UHGV virus genome: UHGV-1380027
DNA length: 64,000 nt
DNA from: a virus
Strand: one strand, 5' to 3'
Shown here: positions 26,890 through 36,900 of the stretch, piece by piece
Layout of the letters: the number at the start of each line of letters is the position of its first letter
Position numbering within the stretch: the first letter of the stretch is position 1
Program-made: the position numbers and the translations under genes
Notes under the pieces: model-generated
Databases searched by the model: none
Told to the model about the DNA's origin: nothing
What the model saw: only the letters and a program-made list of their open reading frames with translations

Positions 26890-27879
26890 ATGAATCTTGA
26901 AAAATATTATACACCAGAAGAGTTAGAGCGCTTGCTCAAAAAATACAGACGCAAACAGAATAACGCACGGAAACGGGATATAGAGTTCAACCTGTCATGG
27001 GAAGAATATCTCCTATTTGGTAAAAAACTTTTAGGAGAGGGAGTATGCGACTATACCCTTATACCTTTCGACATGCACACAGATGAAAACGGACTGGGAA
27101 ATCCTTTCTACCCATCTCTAGAGCGGATAGATGATGAAGGTCCTTATGCGGTTGATAACTGTTGTGTGGTAGGATTGAGATGCAACTCTCTAAAGGACTG
27201 TCTGGTAGATAAAAAGACCGCAGTCTTGATTAAAGACAAAACTGATCGAAAAATTGTCCAGCAGATGATGCTCCACCTGAGCGAAGAGCGTATGGAGAAA
27301 TTGAAAGGTGATTACACTTTTGAAGATTTCATCTTGCAATATGGAACGGAAGAGGATAAACTAGCACTCTTTGACGAAGAATGGGAGGAAGATATGTCAC
27401 CAATGCAGGATTTTAAAAACTTCATGGCTAATCGTGGAGCCAACAAGCACATTTCTGACATTGTAAACGAGCCTGTAGTAGAGGAGATTGAAGAGATGAC
27501 GCAACAGGCTTACGAAGAGGAAAAAGAGCCTCAAGGGGTCGAAGAAGAGCTTACAGAAGAGGTTCCTGCACTGCCTGACGATGTTGAGATTGCCAAAGCT
27601 TACACTTTCTATTGCCAGACGTTCTACGATGCAGGTATGAAAGTTGATCTGTCATTCAGCCAGTTTAAGAGCACATACATTCGAAAATGTTGTGCTTTAA
27701 CTGGTGAACGTCTCGGTGCCGGACTTAAACCCCTATTAGTTACCGACTGGAACAAAGGTTTCACCAAAGGTAACTTCATGGTAGTATCTCCAATCATGGA
27801 GAAGGCTATGACAGACCTTATGAAGACCACTCGCATGACAATGACCGAGTTGGCTGGTATTTTCAAGCACGTTAAATAA
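26890..27879 (+). CDS. protein with two tandem HNH-like (zinc-ribbon/HNHc-type) modules (~329 aa)
   Basis: FNLSWEEY...CDYT...PSLERIDDEGPYAVDNCCVVGLRCNSLKD and a second degenerate copy CCALTGERL...KGFTKGNFMVVSP; start set to ATG 26890 because track TTG 26830 lies inside the promoter. Confidence 0.35.
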   Translation: MNLEKYYTPEELERLLKKYRRKQNNARKRDIEFNLSWEEYLLFGKKLLGEGVCDYTLIPFDMHTDENGLGNPFYPSLERIDDEGPYAVDNCCVVGLRCNSLKDCLVDKKTAVLIKDKTDRKIVQQMMLHLSEERMEKLKGDYTFEDFILQYGTEEDKLALFDEEWEEDMSPMQDFKNFMANRGANKHISDIVNEPVVEEIEEMTQQAYEEEKEPQGVEEELTEEVPALPDDVEIAKAYTFYCQTFYDAGMKVDLSFSQFKSTYIRKCCALTGERLGAGLKPLLVTDWNKGFTKGNFMVVSPIMEKAMTDLMKTTRMTMTELAGIFKHVK

Positions 27880-27891
27880 TGACAGGGGCCA

Positions 27892-29373
27892 ATGGCCCCT
27901 TCTGGAGTTTTAATGGATAGCAGAAGTTCAGAAATCATTACCGCACAAAAAGATGATGCCTTGCGAATGCTGCAGGCCGCTCGCATGTACCTTCTTGAAA
28001 AGCTGCCGTTTTATGGCACACTGTTGTCAGGGTTGCAGTTCGTAGAAAACCACACATGGTGCTCCACTATGGCAACAGACCATAAACGCATCTACTACAG
28101 TCCTGAGTTCATTATGGGGTTGGCAGATGAGCGTAAAACCATTCTTAAAGCATCTCTGACTGACAAGCAGTTTGAGATGGCTGAAGTTTTCTATTCCCCA
28201 AAATCTGTGAAAGAGGTGGCCTTTCTTCTGTCACATGAGGTGGGGCATATTATCTGTGATCATCTGGTCCGTGGTAAAAGCTTTGAGCCGGAACTGTTCA
28301 ATATTGCTTGTGATCACGTTATCAACACAGGTCTTGTGGTTGACTTTAGCAAGCCTCCTTGTGTTTTCTTCCCGAAGGGGAAAAGCACTGAGTTCGTAAA
28401 AGGTAAGCCTTTTGGCTTCTTAGCCAGTTGCTACTGCGACATGGAGTTTCATGGATGGATTGCTGAGAACGTCTATGCAGTTCTTGATAAACAAAGAGAT
28501 CAGAATAGCGGTAAAAGTAAGAACGGTAAAGGTGAGAACTCCCAAGGAGATAAACGACAAACCGATGATCACATGAGTGGGAACGGTGGCACCAGTGATG
28601 ATCTTGGAAAGGCTATGGGGTATGATCAGCCGCAACCAGTAATCAGTCAATCTGATAAAGATCAGGCCATGCAGGACTCTGGTGACATGTTGGAAGCAGC
28701 AATGCAAGCTTCAGGAGGTCGTTGCCCCGAGGCGGTGCGCGAGTTTGTCAAAAACAGAGGCAAGCCTGTAATCAATTATATAGATATTATTAAGCAACGT
28801 ATGTTATCTAAAAGAAAGGCTGAGTTAACCTACAGAAAACCTGGTCGCCGATCTGGGTCTTTGACCACCACAATGCGAAAAGTTGGAGCTATAAACAAGA
28901 ATCAACACGTTATTGTTCCTGGTCGTAATCCGGAAAACACTATAGATATTGTAGTGGCTTTAGACGTTTCTGGATCGATCTCACAAAGAACTTTAAAGAA
29001 AATGTTCAATGAGATCACCGGGTTGTGCAATTTGTATAAAGAGTTTAAGGTTACGATGTTCTGTTGGTCAACCGAGGTTGGAGAGGTTAAAGTATACACT
29101 CGCGGTAACATCGATGAGATGATCAACTATGAGGTCCACTCAACATGGGGCACAACAGCCGCCTGCGTGTTCGAGTATCTGGATGCTAACATACCGAATG
29201 CAAAAGATGTCATCGTCCTTACCGATCTCTACTTTGAGCATAACTTTGAACAAAAGGCTGTTGACAACAAGTGGAAAAAGTACGATACTTTATGGGTTCT
29301 CACTGAAGGGTATAATAAAAATTATATCCCGAGCTTTGGGAAAACTGTGGAATTAATCGAGTACGTTAAATAA
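27892..29373 (+). CDS. putative metallopeptidase (HExxH) + von Willebrand factor A domain protein (493 aa)
   Basis: SHEVGHIICDH zinc-binding motif in N-terminal half; MIDAS motif VVALDVSGSIS in C-terminal half. Confidence 0.6.
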   Translation: MAPSGVLMDSRSSEIITAQKDDALRMLQAARMYLLEKLPFYGTLLSGLQFVENHTWCSTMATDHKRIYYSPEFIMGLADERKTILKASLTDKQFEMAEVFYSPKSVKEVAFLLSHEVGHIICDHLVRGKSFEPELFNIACDHVINTGLVVDFSKPPCVFFPKGKSTEFVKGKPFGFLASCYCDMEFHGWIAENVYAVLDKQRDQNSGKSKNGKGENSQGDKRQTDDHMSGNGGTSDDLGKAMGYDQPQPVISQSDKDQAMQDSGDMLEAAMQASGGRCPEAVREFVKNRGKPVINYIDIIKQRMLSKRKAELTYRKPGRRSGSLTTTMRKVGAINKNQHVIVPGRNPENTIDIVVALDVSGSISQRTLKKMFNEITGLCNLYKEFKVTMFCWSTEVGEVKVYTRGNIDEMINYEVHSTWGTTAACVFEYLDANIPNAKDVIVLTDLYFEHNFEQKAVDNKWKKYDTLWVLTEGYNKNYIPSFGKTVELIEYVK

Positions 29374-29388
29374 AGGAGGAGATTATTT

Positions 29389-29652
29389 ATGGCAACAGAG
29401 TTAAAATTTGCATCCAACCGTAAAACTAAGAAGTATCTGTCTTCAGTAGCTCCAGGTACTGTGGTGATGTTTGTTGATGAACTTGGAGATGTGAATACAG
29501 CACTTGTTGTGAGATCACATCCTGCAAACATATATGTTGGGGTATTTGACCTGTTCAGAAAGGTGTTTGCAGAACTACCTCACACCTTGGTTGTTACAGA
29601 AATGGATGCCTGCATAGAAATTCTTGGCGAAGTTATGGTGGAGGAACAATAA
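29389..29652 (+). CDS. small protein, tandem paralog 1 of 4 (87 aa)
   Basis: SD AAGGAGGAG; shares GTVV...FDL...LP...VTE.D..I.ILGE pattern with next ORF. Confidence 0.6.
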   Translation: MATELKFASNRKTKKYLSSVAPGTVVMFVDELGDVNTALVVRSHPANIYVGVFDLFRKVFAELPHTLVVTEMDACIEILGEVMVEEQ

Positions 29653-29915
29653 TGGCTACTAGCATTGTATTCAATTCTAAAGTGAAGAACAAAAAGCGTG
29701 CAGACAGTTTTCCATGTGGGACCGTGGTAAGTTGTGACGGAGACGGCATTCAAAACATAGTTATGATTGTCAAAACAGGGGAACATTGTGTATGGGGGTT
29801 CGATTTAGAAAATAATGAGTTGTACGATCTGCCACCAAACATGAAAGTTACAGAGCTTGACACCAAAATTACCATCCTTGGAGAGACAAGCTATTCAAAA
29901 GAAGGAGGAGAATAA
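29652..29915 (+). CDS. small protein, tandem paralog 2 of 4 (87 aa)
   Basis: TAATG overlap with upstream gene, SD GGAGGAA. Confidence 0.6.
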   Translation: MATSIVFNSKVKNKKRADSFPCGTVVSCDGDGIQNIVMIVKTGEHCVWGFDLENNELYDLPPNMKVTELDTKITILGETSYSKEGGE

Positions 29916-30178
29916 TGACCACGAAAATCACCATTGCAGAACCAAAAGCTAACACGCAACCTATCGAAAAGTTTAAATGCGGTGAGGTGGTAACATTTAC
30001 ACCAGATAATGAAGATGCTAAGATTTTTGCCATGGTAACAGCCGAGTGGATGTGTGACAATACCACACAGGTGCTGCGTTTTGACACCTATCTTACAGAT
30101 GAAATCAGGAACGACAAGATCGTGACTGGTGTGGATACTGAGATTATTTTCTACAAGAGCTTTTTAGAGGGTTTCTGA
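29915..30178 (+). CDS. small protein, tandem paralog 3 of 4 (87 aa, more diverged)
   Basis: TAATG overlap, SD AAGGAGGAG; same length, FKCGEVV and VTGVDTEIIF motifs. Confidence 0.55.
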   Translation: MTTKITIAEPKANTQPIEKFKCGEVVTFTPDNEDAKIFAMVTAEWMCDNTTQVLRFDTYLTDEIRNDKIVTGVDTEIIFYKSFLEGF

Positions 30179-30179
30179 T

Positions 30180-30413
30180 ATGGCAAAAATTCGTAAATTA
30201 TCCAGCAATCAGGTTGTGAAAGACTTTGAATCTGGAGAGATCTTGTATGTCCGTGATGCAGATGATGAATGTGAAGATCTTGTTATGCTGGTAGGGCACG
30301 CTGAAGACGGATGCATCCAGGCTGTTTTTCTTGAAACAGCGATGGTGCACTGGATAGAGCTGGACCTGAAAGCACGAAAACCTAAAGCAGAAATCATTAT
30401 TTACGAAGATTAA
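30180..30413 (+). CDS. small protein, tandem paralog 4 of 4 (77 aa, most diverged)
   Basis: immediately follows paralog 3; FESGEIL motif at conserved position. Confidence 0.5.
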   Translation: MAKIRKLSSNQVVKDFESGEILYVRDADDECEDLVMLVGHAEDGCIQAVFLETAMVHWIELDLKARKPKAEIIIYED

Positions 30414-30429
30414 CAAGAAGGAGAGAGCC

Positions 30430-30879
30430 GTGTTGAGCAAACGTGAATGCGACAGCATTAGCCTGAATTCTTATAAGAAACAATGGTTTGGGGTAGAAGT
30501 TTGCCGACTACGGCTGGGCTCCTACTTGAACTTCGTCTATTATGAGAGTGACAGTCGTATCGTTTCTTATGAAGTGTTCTACACTAAGAATACATTCGAG
30601 CTGAGACGTAAGGTGGATGGCGGGAGATCTACCGCCCAGAATAATTGGGAAACTATTCTGCCTCCAGATGTTATAGGAAGTCCCCTGAATGTATCTGAAG
30701 ATGAAAATCTTATGGTTCATGCTATGATGGGACTTGACAGCTTAGAGCTGGCGATCTATGATATGTCTATCGAAGCAGTTAAGCTGGACTACATCGAAAA
30801 CACTTTAGAGGAAGGTATCAAGAAGTTTCTCGGTGAGAAATTGAAAGCCCACTTTCATAAGAAGCTATATCTGTTATGA
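30430..30879 (+). CDS. hypothetical protein (149 aa), GTG start
   Basis: SD AAGAAGGAGAGAG directly upstream of GTG. Confidence 0.5.
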   Translation: MLSKRECDSISLNSYKKQWFGVEVCRLRLGSYLNFVYYESDSRIVSYEVFYTKNTFELRRKVDGGRSTAQNNWETILPPDVIGSPLNVSEDENLMVHAMMGLDSLELAIYDMSIEAVKLDYIENTLEEGIKKFLGEKLKAHFHKKLYLL

Positions 30880-31121
30880 AGACCCGTAAAGAACGTAACA
30901 AGATTTTACCTGGCGCTCTCGAACACATGATGAAGTGCAGATCTATCTGGCACTCTGCCAAGGAGGGGCAGCATGTGGTCGTGGTTAGTGATAATGCCAA
31001 CCCGTTCGGTGATTATGTCACCATGATGACTCCATACATCCGCGACGGTGTTGTGGAAGTGGTTCCTTATAGTGGTCTGCATGAGAGGCATTTTGAGAGC
31101 ACTTTGCTAGTGGAGCTATAA
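30876..31121 (+). CDS. hypothetical protein (81 aa)
   Basis: ATGA overlap with upstream gene. Confidence 0.5.
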   Translation: MKTRKERNKILPGALEHMMKCRSIWHSAKEGQHVVVVSDNANPFGDYVTMMTPYIRDGVVEVVPYSGLHERHFESTLLVEL

Positions 31122-31123
31122 TT

Positions 31124-31690
31124 ATGGCGGTCAATGTGGCTTACAACACAGGAAAGCTTGACAGAGACATTGGGTGTCTTGTCCTTTCAGATACAGAGGA
31201 GTATTGGGGTTATGGGTTGCTGTCAGACCCACACCCGAGCAACCTTGTATCAACAGTGCTATATCGCTACGACCCTGTACCAACGGTGCACGACAAAGAT
31301 ATTCACGACCTTCGGGTCAAGTGTCTGGAAGATCTTCTGAACAATGGCTGCAACGATCTGCAGGTAGCCAAGGAGAAGCTTACAAACATCCACAAAGAGG
31401 AAGTGATGAGCACCCTCAGTAAGAGGTCAGTGCACAAAAAGATGATGCTGAACTTTGCAATGGGTATCTACATGGATGGGTATAAGGGAGGGGATCCGAT
31501 CCTCAAGCTTCGCTGCCCAACACTGTGGGAAAGAGTGGTTGACAGTAAGGACGGTACTGCCCTGCTAGAACTCCACACTGCAGGTTGGATTTGGCGGTAT
31601 GTAGACGGATACCCTCTGTGGGCATGTGGACCCGGTGAGTTTGTTGACAGACCTAGCGCGGTGGTGGATTTGCTATTGCAGTTTGAATAA
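31124..31690 (+). CDS. hypothetical protein (188 aa)
   Basis: co-oriented ORF. Confidence 0.5.
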   Translation: MAVNVAYNTGKLDRDIGCLVLSDTEEYWGYGLLSDPHPSNLVSTVLYRYDPVPTVHDKDIHDLRVKCLEDLLNNGCNDLQVAKEKLTNIHKEEVMSTLSKRSVHKKMMLNFAMGIYMDGYKGGDPILKLRCPTLWERVVDSKDGTALLELHTAGWIWRYVDGYPLWACGPGEFVDRPSAVVDLLLQFE

Positions 31691-31746
31691 AAGGTGAGTT
31701 ATAAAGCATTCATACACCTATCAACAATACAACAAGAGAGACTGAG

Positions 31747-32022
31747 ATGACGAAAGAAGAAGCTGACGTATTAGACTTTGCACTAGAGGCTACGCAAGAG
31801 GCTCTAGTGTTAGCTTGGAAAATGAACCAACGTGCTGCAGAATGCAACCGCCGAATCAATGAGATCCTGGGTATGTCTATGTATGATTTCACCATGCATG
31901 CTGGAGAGATTCCTGAATTAACTGCTGAGATGAATGATCTTGACAATAAAATTAATATCATTCTGAAGACAGCAGAAACAACTCACCAAACCGCCCGTAA
32001 ATTTATCAACGAGAAGGTGTGA
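31747..32022 (+). CDS. hypothetical protein, predicted helical/coiled-coil (91 aa)
   Basis: co-oriented ORF. Confidence 0.5.
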   Translation: MTKEEADVLDFALEATQEALVLAWKMNQRAAECNRRINEILGMSMYDFTMHAGEIPELTAEMNDLDNKINIILKTAETTHQTARKFINEKV

Positions 32023-32024
32023 AT

Positions 32025-32498
32025 ATGGACTACAGCTACTGCGGAGAAGAAGTACCTTTTAACTACAGCAATCTCACCACGAGCAATCCATATGAGACTC
32101 GTCACGGCACGCATATCATTGCTATTGACTTTGATGGAACGTTTAATGCGAGCCCTTTCATCTTCTCCCGCCTTATTAAGGACCTGAAGAAGGAGGGGTG
32201 GACAGTCTATCTTGTGACTTTCCGATTCATCACTCAAGACAACGTGGACATCGAATACTGGCGCAAGGAGCTCGATGTTGGAGTGTTTTATACTGGAGGC
32301 GTTCAGAAGGCCGCTTATCTGGCGCAGTTTGATATCTACCCAGACATCTGGGTTGATGATTCTCCAGCTTGCATTCCGGCTAAGAATCAGTTAGAGTTTG
32401 CAATGAAGGAGATTGAGTATAAGTCTGACGCTAAGCGTAACGGATGGCCCTTTATTATTGAAGATTACCCAGATCCTGAACCGGAGAAAGAACCATGA
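32025..32498 (+). CDS. HAD-superfamily phosphatase, 5'(3')-nucleotidase-like (~157 aa)
   Basis: motif I IAIDFDGTF, motif IV DIWVDDSP; start set to ATG 32025 (SD GAGAAGG), track begins at GTG 32019. Confidence 0.5.
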   Translation: MDYSYCGEEVPFNYSNLTTSNPYETRHGTHIIAIDFDGTFNASPFIFSRLIKDLKKEGWTVYLVTFRFITQDNVDIEYWRKELDVGVFYTGGVQKAAYLAQFDIYPDIWVDDSPACIPAKNQLEFAMKEIEYKSDAKRNGWPFIIEDYPDPEPEKEP

Positions 32499-32665
32499 AA
32501 CGAAGATACCATTACGTGATGTGGAAGTTATATCATGGTGCTGCTAAGGCTTATCGAGCCGTGTTTGGTAATGACAATCACTGCATTATGTTACACCTTA
32601 CATCCATTGAGCATCACAATGAGTGGATTCGTGAAATCGTAATAGGTGACAAAGACTTTAAGTAA
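32495..32665 (+). CDS. possible small ORF (56 aa)
   Basis: ATGA overlap with upstream stop, SD GGAGAAAG; below track cutoff. Confidence 0.3.
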   Translation: MKRRYHYVMWKLYHGAAKAYRAVFGNDNHCIMLHLTSIEHHNEWIREIVIGDKDFK

Positions 32666-32695
32666 AGTATGGCTTTCTAGATGGAGACTGACTAA

Positions 32696-33076
32696 ATGTG
32701 CAAGTGTAAATCTTATAATTGGAAAGTGAAAGGTGCCAAGCATCCAAATGTTATCGTTGATGTGCCTAAAAAGCTCCGTGACGGCAAAAAACGTGTGTGC
32801 CTTGATAAGTGCATGGCTAAACCTATCATGAGTCTATGGGCGGCAGGATTGAAAACTCTAAACTGCTGCTGTGGTCATAACAAAGATGTTCCAAGCATCA
32901 TTATCCCAGAGGATGCAGACCCTAAAGCTTATGCCAAAATACTGACTCGCTACCCCAGCACCTTTCTGATCGGAAAATGGTGTCACGATGAACTTCAATG
33001 GTGGATAGCGTACGGTAGTGTAGGTGCTGCTTTTGGCTTCCCAGCTTTGTCAGAGCGCTACGTCAAATCGTCATAA
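32696..33076 (+). CDS. Cys-rich hypothetical protein (126 aa)
   Basis: SD GGAGA; motifs CKCK, CLDKC, NCCCGHN. Confidence 0.5.
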   Translation: MCKCKSYNWKVKGAKHPNVIVDVPKKLRDGKKRVCLDKCMAKPIMSLWAAGLKTLNCCCGHNKDVPSIIIPEDADPKAYAKILTRYPSTFLIGKWCHDELQWWIAYGSVGAAFGFPALSERYVKSS

Positions 33077-33180
33077 TCTGTTTTAAGGCCTCAAACGAGG
33101 CCTGTGCCTTCATAAACTGCCTACCTCTGTGTGATTACCTCTCTAAATAAAATACCCTCTCAAATTGCTTAAAATTAAGC

Positions 33181-33209
33181 TTGACATCAACACCAGATTT
33201 ATATATATG
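33181..33209 (+). promoter_or_regulatory. sigma70-type promoter candidate (TTGACA-N17-TATATG)
   Basis: TTGACA 33181-33186 with AT-rich -10 region 33202-33209; in the 165-nt gap before 33242 gene. Confidence 0.4.
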
Positions 33210-33241
33210 ATTATCTCATCAACCAAGCAGAGGAGATTGTC

Positions 33242-33649
33242 ATGGATAATCTTGCAAGTGTGAACGTCGAAATTGTTAAACTAAAGTTCTTGGGCTTTCG
33301 AGACCCTAATTCTCTAACAGCTATACTGATGGATACCCACTTCACACCTGGGAAAGAGTACACTGCCTTCCGTTATATTTGTGGAGATCACGAATCGGCC
33401 TATAGTGTGAATACAAACCTCGGCGAGGGGTATTTCATCAAAGATATCACAGATCACTTGTGGGGTATGTGGGAATTGGTGGAAGAAGAGAATAAATCCC
33501 TTCCCAAAGAGATTTGGGTGCACACCTTCCACACAGGTAAGTTCGGAGGTACGGAACATAAGTCTATCCACTATGAAGAAGAAAGTGCCATCAAACAACA
33601 AGCTGTGCTTGGTGGATCTGTAGAAAAATTTGTTAAATGCGAGGACTGA
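33242..33649 (+). CDS. hypothetical protein (135 aa)
   Basis: SD GAGGAG 6 nt upstream of ATG. Confidence 0.55.
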   Translation: MDNLASVNVEIVKLKFLGFRDPNSLTAILMDTHFTPGKEYTAFRYICGDHESAYSVNTNLGEGYFIKDITDHLWGMWELVEEENKSLPKEIWVHTFHTGKFGGTEHKSIHYEEESAIKQQAVLGGSVEKFVKCED

Positions 33650-33652
33650 GAA

Positions 33653-33853
33653 ATGGCTGATTTTTGTAAAGATTGCTCTGAAGAGTTGTTTGGCTTTGAC
33701 TGCAAAGATTTGGAAGGTCTGATCACTGAGGATCAGTGGAAGGAAGGCTATGCAGCACCTGTTATTTGTGAAGGTTGTGGCTATACCTATGTTGACCATA
33801 AAGGTAAGCGCGTCAAGCCGTCTGAAGATGGGGCATGTTGGGAGTATTACTAA
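33653..33853 (+). CDS. small zinc-ribbon-like protein (66 aa)
   Basis: CKDC ... CEGCG cysteine pairs; SD GAGGA. Confidence 0.5.
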   Translation: MADFCKDCSEELFGFDCKDLEGLITEDQWKEGYAAPVICEGCGYTYVDHKGKRVKPSEDGACWEYY

Positions 33854-33866
33854 CTATAAAAAGAAA

Positions 33867-33891
33867 GGGGCCATTTGGCCCCCCTTTTTTT
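33867..33891. terminator. bidirectional rho-independent terminator between convergent blocks
   Basis: GGGGCC-ATTT-GGCCCC stem-loop flanked by AAAAGAAA upstream and TTTTTTT downstream. Confidence 0.7.
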
Positions 33892-33903
33892 ATCTACTAC
33901 TTG

Positions 33904-36900
33904 TTAAAGAGAGAAAGTCGCGTAGGCTCCCAGACGATACTGCTGGTCACCAGGGAACATAACACCTATAGAGGCTGTCCCTAGAATCCTGCCTTCCTTT
34001 CCAGACTCCATTCTGAACCCTACCCATCCTGAACTCCTTGCAGCCTCGATGTTGTCGCTATACCCGAAAGTGGCAAGATCGTCAACACCAGCCCCAAACA
34101 GCAACTGAAGCTGACTTCTCGGAAGCCCTATAATTTCAGGAATATATGCACCAAAGTACACCATCTGCCCTACCTTAGGACCGCTGCCGTACTCCATCGG
34201 CTTGCTTGTAGCAAAAGTCTTCATACCAGAAGTCCCTGCCGGATTAGGGTATGCCCCGTTTGTTGCTGTACCTATCCACATTCTCCACTGTGGTGTCATC
34301 TGTTTGACAGTAAAAGATGTTGAAGACGTTTTGCGACCTGCATCATCAGTAGCTACAAACTTTATAGTGACATTACCAGGAGCTTTAAATGTTACCAGCC
34401 CTGTGGTAGCATCCACTGTTGCAATGTTGGTATTACTGCTTTCCCAAGTCTTTCTAATCCCAGACACATTGGAAGGGGTAATAGAAGGTTCCTGCATCTG
34501 CAGTTTACCACCCACAATCCCTATGCCGTTACCTGGGTTATACAACGCACCAACTTCATCTATAATGTTACCTGCCTTGAGACTGTACTTCCTTGAGAAG
34601 TTGTAAGTTCCGTTATAAGCGTGTGTCCCTGAGAAGGTGACATCTGCTTTTCCGTAAGAGATGCAAACCAAAGCATACTTCCTGTCAGGCAACGTTTCTC
34701 CAGTCTCTGGGTGAGTTTTACCTACCTGGAACACACTCGGGTCAGTGGAGTCGTGGCTATCACTAACGGAGCTTGGACCACCCATCAGTTGTGACAAGCA
34801 ATTCCTTACCCATGTCCAGTTATTGTCACTGGAGAAGTCTACGGTCAAATCAAACACAACCCACTCATTTGGCTTCCACACAGGTGTTGTGATCAACTTA
34901 CCAACACCCCCACCCTGAAGAGTAGGAGATTGTTCAGTGATCAGGGCAGAGTATGCCAGAGTGCCCAACTGCATAGTCTGGCTTGCTGTCCTCACTACCT
35001 TAGAATCAGCATCTGTGAAGTTGTTGATGATCTGGAATGTGCCATAAGTGTTTTTACAGGTAATTCTGGCGTTCAGTGTGTCAATCTTCCTCACATCTGC
35101 CATAGCAGTGTTAGACACAGAGAAGTCAGAAGCTTTAGCTGAGTTTGCCGCAACAGCAGGATCAACGTTAAGAGTTGCGTTGAACTGACAAGCAGGGGTA
35201 ACCAGCAGCTTGTTATCACCTATTTGCTTCCATGAAACACTTTGAACAGGGAGATTCCATTTAATACCTGAGAAAACTTTAGCAACCCTTGGTCCCAGGG
35301 CTCCAGTCCTGTTGTCTTTACAGCACATGGACATGGTGATCGTTGACGGAGTTGCCTGACCAAACAATTGCTGTGCTTTTACAGAGGACATAGTGTAGAA
35401 ATTGTCCTTAACAAACTCATCAGCCGCTAACGATCCGTCAGATCTCCACCATTGTACCTGGTAGCCTGTCTTATCCCAGCCACCAACCTGCTTCAAGTCC
35501 TCCCAAGAGATTTCCAGATCCCCAGTGGTAGGGTTGATTGCCGCAGTTCCTGGTGTTCCAGATGACCATATTGGGATATCGAACCACGCTGGTTTAACAG
35601 ACTGCACTGCGTTAGGTCCTATTGCAGCAGCAAGTTGTTGACCCATCAATACGCGAGCATCTTTCACCAGGCCCCGCTCAATCATAGATCCAGAGTAACC
35701 CTCTTTCTTATATGCAGAGGACCCGTTCAAATGGATGAGCCTGCTGCAGTCGAAGCCATACGCTCCACCACCATTAGGGTCTGCGAAGTTAGTTATGATT
35801 CTATCCCTAATATTTTTCCATGCCCTACCCCCAATCTCGTAGTCATGGTCATAACATCTTTGCAGCGTTGTCCAGCAAATGATTGCCATTCTTCTGCCAC
35901 CTGTAAACCCGAAAGCGCCGTCATTCAACTCTTTCCACAGGTAGCAGTTAGTTGTCCACATAGCTCTGTGAATGTTGAACCAGTTTATGGACTTGGCTGA
36001 GTTATCCCACTGAGTCCCAGGTAATTCAGGCCACACTGCATTAACCAGCATGTCTTCTGTTCCTGCATCAACCAAGAACCCTCTTACCTTTTTACCCATG
36101 CCTACCCTGTCTTTTGCAATCCAACTGCCAAACAATCTCAGTTTTGGACCGTAAACAACATCTTCCGGATGCTCAAAAGAGACATACTTTAAGTAGATTG
36201 TTGGGTCACCGTAGGTGCCATCACAAACACTTTTGTGCATGTTTTCGCCAAGATCTAGACGAAGCCCTGTCACCACTTTAGACGTGTCAGTGAATTTGTC
36301 TGTTAAATCAAATTCATACCACCACCATCCACCACCAAGCATAAATTTCTTGCATCGAGTATTGTCTGTATCAGATATTCTCTTATCCCCTGCAAAAGGT
36401 GAATCAGCAAACTGATAATGCAGAGCAGTCTCGAATAGATGTGTTGAGGTTCCGTTTTCTGCAAGAACTTGCTTACCTATTAAGTCGCACTTAATGATCA
36501 TCACAACACGTTTGTACCCGTTTGTTACTGGAACTTGCATAGATATGGATGTTCCGTCCATGTTCGATCTTAGTGCTGTCATGATGATATATGGGTCAAC
36601 AGCGTTGCCTAAAGTTTCAGGCCCTGGGATTATCTTGTACTTCTTAACCTGCCCCATGAACCTGTCACTGGCGTAAGTTGCAGCCTCAAAGCAAGATCCT
36701 CCATTAGGCAGTTCGCCAGGACCCCAGAAAAATGCGCCATAACAGTTATAAAACCACTTGTTAGGGTCGTATTTGTTCTTGAAGGTCTGAACCTCGTTAG
36801 CCTGTTTTGTCAAGAAAACCTGCGTATCTGTAAAGATTGCAGGATTTACTCTCGCCTGACGTGGAGGGTACCCTGTCGATTGGTTAAACCACTGATTACA

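Noticed and set aside
33088-33103. Hairpin GGCCTC-AAAC-GAGGCC after gene 32696..33076 as terminator
   Set aside because: No U-tract on either side; could be a stability element but not called as terminator
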